A stretch of 64,000 bases of DNA from an uncultured virus (IMG/VR IMGVR_UViG_3300003617_000006) (taxonomy: Duplodnaviria > Heunggongvirae > Uroviricota > Caudoviricetes). The DNA lies in the IMG/VR virus record IMGVR_UViG_3300003617_000006. One strand, given 5' to 3'. The notes under the pieces are model-generated. The model was not told the DNA's origin, searched no databases, and was given only the letters and a program-made list of their open reading frames with translations. Of this stretch, positions 59,401-64,000 are shown piece by piece. The stretch's first letter is position 1, and every line of letters begins with the position of its first letter. The position numbers were made by a program, and so were the translations under genes.

Positions 59401-60205
59401 TACTATCTAAAGTATCGTCAGCGTCAACTCTTGCAGCTGATTCAACACCAATTGCAGTATCAATAGATGCTACATCACCTGTTAATTGAGTGTCTAAGTC
59501 AGATATTAAACCTGATTTTGATACTTCTTCTAATGATAATCTTGTTTCAACTGAAACAACATCACCCTCAATTACTAAAGCTCTGTCATCTACTGAATCG
59601 ATATCAGCAGTTACTTCACCTGTAATTTCATTTGTTAATGATGTGATTGCCGTTTCTCTAACTACTTCTTCAGTCGAGACTCTCGTCGCTAATGAACTTA
59701 CTTCGAAGTTAGTCGTACTAATCTCATCACTTAGTTGTGTCGACACCCCTGTAGATACCTGACCAACTAATGTCGCTAACGAATCATCCGCAGATAATCT
59801 CGTCGCCGCCTCTTCAGTAACTCTTTGAGCAACTGAATTAATCTCGGAAATAATATTCGCTTCTGTAATAGTACCGTCTCCAATTTTAGTTGCGATTTCA
59901 ACTAATGTATCCAAAGCAGCAGGTGCACCATCAACTAAGTTGGTGATTGCTAATTGAACATCATTAGACATTTTGGTTACTAACGAAGAGTCTCCAGCAA
60001 CTCTTGCAGTTTCTTCTACCGCTACACGCTCTATTAATGACGTTAAACCTTCAATTGTAAGGTTCGAACCGTCACCATAAAACACATCAGCAGATACCGA
60101 ACCTGCAAAGATTTCATCTAAAGGATTCGTTGGTGTACCAAAATCGACTTCACGACCTTTTGGGTCAGTATTAAGTTGGAATAATCCTAATTGTCTTAAT
60201 GCCAT
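53453..60205 (-). CDS. very long tail-fibre/adhesin-like protein (2250 aa)
   Basis: GAPAALDTL.EIA fibre motif, ~18-aa coiled-coil repeats, LTLTR...V.V.L beta modules, C-terminal KSFLIDHP..LEGPE..VYVRG domain. Confidence 0.85.
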   Translation of the reverse strand: MALRQLGLFQLNTDPKGREVDFGTPTNPLDEIFAGSVSADVFYGDGSNLTIEGLTSLIERVAVEETARVAGDSSLVTKMSNDVQLAITNLVDGAPAALDTLVEIATKIGDGTITEANIISEINSVAQRVTEEAATRLSADDSLATLVGQVSTGVSTQLSDEISTTNFEVSSLATRVSTEEVVRETAITSLTNEITGEVTADIDSVDDRALVIEGDVVSVETRLSLEEVSKSGLISDLDTQLTGDVASIDTAIGVESAARVDADDTLDSKISVESALRVDGDDSLETKIGEESALRVTADGSLETKISELEAAAYNDSSINERVGDSEDFSASLETRVSDEESLRAAKDLSLTLVDGLISSDLSTADESLTAKLNSAITTSLTGDSSLDTKIVGEASTRVVADDSLDSKIDSEVGTLSNDITLLGGQLTNEVNARTLGDNTLNTKIDTEVSTLESADASLATKIGDLESYTDSKDNQLSIEISAQGSLRFAADQSLATVIGDNLSETNLSIEDLEGQISSEEGSRIAADNELDSRIDSLEAATGGDTSSIVTRVSNVEDGVESVDDRLVEVSGSLNTLDSKIDSKVSIEASVREAAIADAIDGVVNGAGEAYDTLKELQTELENNDGDISSILTNQASIGERISNEEVYRTQGDIANGVLISDEVADRVSADISIDTEIAQLGDSLSLEQANRETADDTLTNRIAAEESVRLSSVVSLDNAAYSDTSINIRVSGVEDSLDSEISNEASSRVLADGSLSNKIGNISTALASEINTTGGEITALNSRVGVEEGAREDADTSLTAKDVSLHNRVSSEEVNRATADSSLNTKITNTNGVVTSVSNAVVSEASTRLAKDSLLDGEVNGIKTRLTAEESKSGSLTTRVSLAEDLVDGEVTSIDTRLGNIEQGAYDDTVIDNKIDAEIADRISADVVLDGKISTEVSDRVVAEGQLNDRVDVVEANLSTEIAQTNIDVNSLTTRVSTEEGVRVSKDNSLGLVIASVSGDLSNEISTTDIEVGSINTRFNTVGTAYSTADLSLSNKIADVASDLSSEIATTGVEVGSLTTKIGDESSARSAGDLSLDTKINGVSTALGAEITTTNDEVTSLHTRVNNVEASAYDDTSINIRVGGTESGLTNEETARIAADASLESAISAEVSGRIESEDFVVSATMDGDTLELTRAKGGLVSVDLSQFKDDTDTDNFVTGASISGDTLTLSRQNGDVTVDLGQYQTASEVTSQINSAIAGYATESYVGTAIAPKANTVYVDAQDASITARLDSMDGDIASHNELDGASFAANVLTVSGSEESYTVDLSSLATDVNVSSGSYDSATGELTLTKSDGYTVVVSDFYVDVDGDNFITGAAMSGQDLILSRQGLAPLSVSLAGFVTSGELASAIAPKANTSYVDAQDAALAAQISAEASSRIGSEDYVSSASMDGDVLELTRALGGVVSVDLSQFKDDTDTDNFITGASITGDVLTLTRQNGNVSVNLGQYQTASEVTAALAPYATSSDVSSQVASEVGDEATARIAGDLSLNTKIDYAIDNEDYVSGASLTNQVLKLNRVKGGVVSVNLGTFTTSGELTSALNPYATSVAVSVAIKAGDDSLTTKVGNVSSAVGTEAGVRASADTSLTTRIANEEGNREDAIDDVIGLIGEVSKDLFDEINTTDTEINALNVRVQNIEQSGYDDTSINERVDVIEGGLGAVSTGLGNVSAALSSEINTTNGEVNSLNTRIGNEIGTTNGEVTSLHTRISKEESTRLVKDNSIANNVVNVSNAYSAGETSLHNRFAQVSSALSTEIDTTDADIVQLHSRINNVEGSAGSADGSLEVRISKEESTRLVKDNSLHTRVGTISTGLSTEIGVTNGEVTSLHTRVGNEESVRGTADTSLTNRIAAEETARIASDGQLSIEIEDVNGLAGASLNGTTLTVGGTNESYNVNLSSLTTDVTVTGGTYNSGTQTLTLTKSDGDSVAVSGFAIDTDTDNYADSVAFNTTNGQLTIGRTGSLSDLTIDLDGRYLVDTVDNNNYVDGASFNTANGVLTIGRSGSLSDINIDLDGRFTDNGYADTMNQHVKTNSAVTFSTVNTGQGATEVHLMNQNLRTTDNVRFNDVTATHVVATNVFVGQNRLTDIGGALMINQDVEIMGELRAQSKSFLIDHPTKPNMKLQYGNLEGPEHGVYVRGKVTGDGVIELPDYWTGLVDEDTITVQLTPFGKPTQHYVSSVADNKVEVSAEGEVNAYYIVHAERKDLYKLKVEFSA

Positions 60206-60273
60206 TTTGTAATGTTTATTTTACTTTATTTATTTCTGTTTTCACAGATTATTGTTGATTTCTCAACGGGTAT

Positions 60274-61704
60274 TTATATCAACGCACCTAAATCTCCATT
60301 CATTTGGTCACGGAATTCAAAATATGTACCTATATATAGGTCTGACTCCGCTTGCCATGATGGTCTATCGAATGCTACGTTAGATACAGAAATATCACCT
60401 AAGTTGTTGATAGTCGCTGAACCTGTAACCGCACCGTCTAAAACGATTTGTTGTGTTTTGTTTATTACTGTTGATGAGTCAATCTCACCATCAAATTTCC
60501 ATTTGTTTCCATCAAATAAGATAGACGCTAATGGTAAGTTTTCATCACCTATTTTAACTCCTGCTGGCGATGCTAATAATTCTTCATTAGTCGCTCCTGA
60601 ACCTACAACAATTGCTTTATCCTCAATAGTAACCTCTGTTGAGTTAACAGTAAAGGTTTCACCCGTAACATATAAGTTACCTTCAACCGTTACCGCTCCG
60701 TTACCTTCAGAAATTAATGAATCAGTTACTGATAAACCGTCATCACCAAACTTTGCTAATCTATTTGTAGTACCTGATACTGATGAATCACCAGTGTTGT
60801 AATATAATACTGCAATTTCAGAGCCATTACTTGGTACACCCGCAAAATTAATTGTCTGTCCGTTAGTTGAGTAGTTTTCATTCATTAACTGAACTAAACC
60901 ATTTATCTCAACATAAACAACCTGAGATAAATTCTCAGAAACTGTTACAGAATCTAATGAACCATCAGCAACAAATTTTTGATATCTTAATACTGGTTTA
61001 GAACCACCATAGAAATAAGTAATCTGTACTGTATCACCTTCAATCGGTGCTTCATTAAATGTTATTGTCTTTTCATACTCAACGTGAGTAAATGCATCAT
61101 CTTTTTCTTGCACTAATCCGTTCACATCCACCATAACTAAAGAAGTCATAGTTTTTGATACGACAAACTCAGTAGTCGCCCCGTCACCAATAAAGGTTTC
61201 GTGATATACTAATGGTTTTGCTTCACCTGATTGAATTGGTACACCTGACTGGTATATCTGACCTGATAAATGTAGGTCGTTATATTGTTTCTCTGATGCT
61301 CCTAAGTCCTTTGTAGAATCTACACTAGGAATTAAGTTAGAAGTTAATTCTGATACGTCTAAAGTCCCTACCTCAACACCAGCGAATGTTGGTGCGTCAG
61401 CAATAGCAACTCCTTGGTCCATTACATCTGCGAATTCATTGTCGGTAAATCTACCGTCTAAATCTACAGTTACAGTTGAACCATCACCCTTTGTTAACGT
61501 AAAAATTCCATCAGTTATGTCAAATGAAAGATTTGAAACTGTGGAATCTGATAACAAACCGTCGATTTCGGTTTCTGTGTAGTACCTCGTATCTAATGAA
61601 CCTCCGTTGATGTCAGCCACATCTTGTGTGTGTGTATTTACCTTACCGATAATTGTATTCAATTTCGACGCGATAATTTGTGCTAAATCTTGGTATTGTG
61701 TCAT
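60274..61704 (-). CDS. fibre-associated structural protein
   Basis: LDTRYYTETE, LDGRF, two F.GDG..V.VNGLVQ modules. Confidence 0.75.
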   Translation of the reverse strand: MTQYQDLAQIIASKLNTIIGKVNTHTQDVADINGGSLDTRYYTETEIDGLLSDSTVSNLSFDITDGIFTLTKGDGSTVTVDLDGRFTDNEFADVMDQGVAIADAPTFAGVEVGTLDVSELTSNLIPSVDSTKDLGASEKQYNDLHLSGQIYQSGVPIQSGEAKPLVYHETFIGDGATTEFVVSKTMTSLVMVDVNGLVQEKDDAFTHVEYEKTITFNEAPIEGDTVQITYFYGGSKPVLRYQKFVADGSLDSVTVSENLSQVVYVEINGLVQLMNENYSTNGQTINFAGVPSNGSEIAVLYYNTGDSSVSGTTNRLAKFGDDGLSVTDSLISEGNGAVTVEGNLYVTGETFTVNSTEVTIEDKAIVVGSGATNEELLASPAGVKIGDENLPLASILFDGNKWKFDGEIDSSTVINKTQQIVLDGAVTGSATINNLGDISVSNVAFDRPSWQAESDLYIGTYFEFRDQMNGDLGALI

Positions 61705-61738
61705 TATAAAATGTTTTTTTTTTATTGGTTTATATAAN

Positions 61739-61771
61739 AAGGGGGAGAGATATCCCCTCCCCCAATTTTTT
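61739..61771. terminator. hairpin, probable bidirectional terminator
   Basis: GGGGGAG.GA...TC.CCTCCCCC stem flanked by A/T runs. Confidence 0.6.
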
Positions 61772-61786
61772 TAATTATAAACTATC

Positions 61787-64000
61787 TTAGTTTAATGCTA
61801 TTAAATTAGCGTTTAACGTAGTTTCAAACTCATTTACAGTTCCTTGGAATGCAATGTGGTTAGCTAAAGCTACCTCGTCTAAACCAACTCTTTCTTCTAA
61901 TGAAGTTAAGTCACCGTTAATTGCTGCGTCAGCATTAGCTCTAGCAACCTCTTCAGTTGAGATTCTCGTAGTTAATACTGTATCAGCCGCTCCTCTTGCG
62001 TCAGCCTCTTCTTCAATTAATGCTTGTAAAGATGCATCACCTGCACTTAATACAACACCAATAGAAGCGTCTTTCTGAATTCTCGTAGCAGACTCACCGT
62101 CTAATCTAGTAGATAATACTGTATCAACAGATGCTCTTGCAACTTCTTCGTTAGATACTCTTGTATTGATTGATACGAAATCATCACCCGCTTTAGAATC
62201 TAATGATTCAACCGCTGAAGCTCTTACTGATTCCTCAGTTGAGATTCTTGAAGTTAATGTAGCATCACCTGCGATTCTTGCTTCAGCCTCTAAAGAGATA
62301 CTTTCAGCTAATGAACCTTCAGCAACTTGTCTACCTTCGATTTCAACATCGATTTTAGCATCTAATACACCGTCAGCGTTAGCTCTTACAACTTCTTCAG
62401 TTGAAAGTCTTGAAGTTAATGAACCGTCAGCAGAAATCATTGCCGCTGATAATGAATTATCTTTAGCTAATCTCGTAGACTCTTCACCTGATAATCTTGT
62501 CGTTAACGACATGTCAGCAGATGCTGATGTAGACTCTTCACCAGATAATCTAGTTTCTAATGAACCGTCAGCAGAATTTAATGTGTCAACCGCCTCAATG
62601 AACTCTTGGTGGTTACTCTCAACTAATTCAGCGATTGCCGTGTCAGCAGATGCTGATGTAGACTCTTCAGTCGATAATCTTGTCTCTAATGAATCAACAC
62701 CGTCTAATTGGTTTTCTTCTAAAGTAGATACTCTAGCGTCAATTGAACCATCAGCAGATACATAAGCATTTACGATAGACGTGTCAGCAGNACCTAAACC
62801 AGCGATTTGGTTTACGAAAGTCGCTTGTAACGTGTTATCAGCAGCTAATTCATCAGCGATTTCTTTTAATGTATCAAACGCTTCAGGTGCACCGTTAATT
62901 AAACCGTTTACCGCTACGTCAATAGCATTGTCTCTGTTTACAACCTCGTTAGAGATTTCAACAGATAATTTGTTAGTGATTGAGATATCAGTTGATTCAA
63001 CTGAAGATACAACACCTGAGATTCTAGAGTTTAAAGAAACTTTAGCATCTACTAACGCTCCTTCGTCAGCTAATACTCTCTCGTCAATAGATACGAAATC
63101 TTGACCCGCTTTAGCGTCTAATGAAACAACAGAAGATAATCTTACTGATTCCTCAGTTGATACTCTTACGTCTACAGACTCTACCTCAGCAGACATGTAG
63201 TCTTGTAATGAGTTAGTTAAAGAAACTGTAGCTTCTTCTTCCTCACCTAATCTTGTTTGTAATGAACCTTCGATTGCAACTGCTCTCTCGAATTCAGCAT
63301 TGATTTTACCGTCTAATACTTCCTCAGCACCTTCAGCTCTTAAAGTCTCGATTGAAACCTTAGCGTCTAATGCGATAACGTCAGAGTTAGTTGAAGAAAT
63401 CTCAGTACTTAAAGCCNCGTCTAATGCGTCAAACGCATTTCCTCTCGCCACTTCTTCAGCAGAAATTCTGTTAGTTAATGAACCATCAGCAGAAACGTAA
63501 GCCGTTACGATTGATGCGTCCTTGTTAGCAGATAATACTTCTTCGTTTGATAATCTAGTTTCGATTGAACCTACACCACCAGCTAATTGAGCATCTACTG
63601 ATTCGATAGCAGAAACTCTATCAGAAACCTCTGTAGAAATTTTACCATCTAATACAACATCAGCCGCAGTATAAGCAGTAACGATTGAAGCGTCTTTATT
63701 AGCTCTGATTGTAGCTTCTTCTTGAATCGAAGCGTTTAAAGCGATATCGCCTTCGTTACTTGCAGATTCTACTTCACCAATTTTAGTCGCTAAAGATGCG
63801 TCAGCAGCAAATCTTGTAGATGCTTCTGATGAAATCTTAGTCGCTAATGAAGCGTCTTTTTGTGTGAACGCAGTTTCTACTGAGTTTACTTTGTTTGTCA
63901 TTGCAACAGTTACAGAAGCGTCTCCTGAAACTCTTGATGACTCCTCCGCTGAAATTCTTGTGTCAGCCGAAGTTAATTTTGCACTTACTGATTGAGATGC
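61787..64000 (-). CDS. long coiled-coil fibre protein, paralog of 53453..60205 (5' end outside window)
   Basis: frame stays open from 63901 to 64000; SL.TR.S.EE..R repeats and GAPEAFDTLKEIA. Confidence 0.85.
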   Translation of the reverse strand, partial: ASQSVSAKLTSADTRISAEESSRVSGDASVTVAMTNKVNSVETAFTQKDASLATKISSEASTRFAADASLATKIGEVESASNEGDIALNASIQEEATIRANKDASIVTAYTAADVVLDGKISTEVSDRVSAIESVDAQLAGGVGSIETRLSNEEVLSANKDASIVTAYVSADGSLTNRISAEEVARGNAFDALDXALSTEISSTNSDVIALDAKVSIETLRAEGAEEVLDGKINAEFERAVAIEGSLQTRLGEEEEATVSLTNSLQDYMSAEVESVDVRVSTEESVRLSSVVSLDAKAGQDFVSIDERVLADEGALVDAKVSLNSRISGVVSSVESTDISITNKLSVEISNEVVNRDNAIDVAVNGLINGAPEAFDTLKEIADELAADNTLQATFVNQIAGLGXADTSIVNAYVSADGSIDARVSTLEENQLDGVDSLETRLSTEESTSASADTAIAELVESNHQEFIEAVDTLNSADGSLETRLSGEESTSASADMSLTTRLSGEESTRLAKDNSLSAAMISADGSLTSRLSTEEVVRANADGVLDAKIDVEIEGRQVAEGSLAESISLEAEARIAGDATLTSRISTEESVRASAVESLDSKAGDDFVSINTRVSNEEVARASVDTVLSTRLDGESATRIQKDASIGVVLSAGDASLQALIEEEADARGAADTVLTTRISTEEVARANADAAINGDLTSLEERVGLDEVALANHIAFQGTVNEFETTLNANLIALN

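Noticed and set aside
44965..63500. many antisense and alternate-frame ORFs in the collagen and fibre genes
   Set aside because: Shadow ORFs caused by repetitive, biased codon usage
1..64000. stop-codon recoding as seen in some large phages
   Set aside because: Known genes are full length under the standard code and TAA, TAG and TGA all end genes

Overview
AT-rich, gene-dense 64 kb segment, almost entirely on the minus strand, of a large tailed phage (huge-phage type, metagenomic assembly with four N bases). The host is very likely Bacteroidota/Flavobacteriia: there are many TTTG-N19/20-TAnnTTTG promoters, flavobacterial-type host genes and a T9SS-like C-terminal domain. Bases 1-44 kb are accessory and metabolic genes: DHFR, thyA, a split RNA-repair set (Rnl1 ligase, P-loop kinase, HAD phosphatase), glmS, epimerase, sulfotransferase, carbamoyltransferase, GT9-like and DUF2827 proteins, DNA methyltransferase, mgsA, LOG, MarC, M42 peptidase, DHH phosphoesterase, Smr, histone-H1-like and PspC-like proteins, and a GH73 lysin. 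They also include many acidic orphans with I/L-x-E leader or linker motifs. A ~800 nt structured ncRNA with GOLLD-like motifs lies at ~14.56-15.37 kb, with tandem promoters, a boxA-like site and its own terminator. Bases 44.6-64 kb are a fibre module: three tandem collagen-like proteins with S74 chaperone domains, then very long coiled-coil fibre proteins. Best leads: the GOLLD-like RNA unit; a putative capsid-cargo tagging system (TATTTAT promoter plus I/L-x-E tags on enzymes such as DHH and ParB); a three-chain cationic collagen fibre with a possible glycan-modification toolkit; and a phage-encoded T9SS substrate. All family calls come from motif recognition by eye; no database searches were run.
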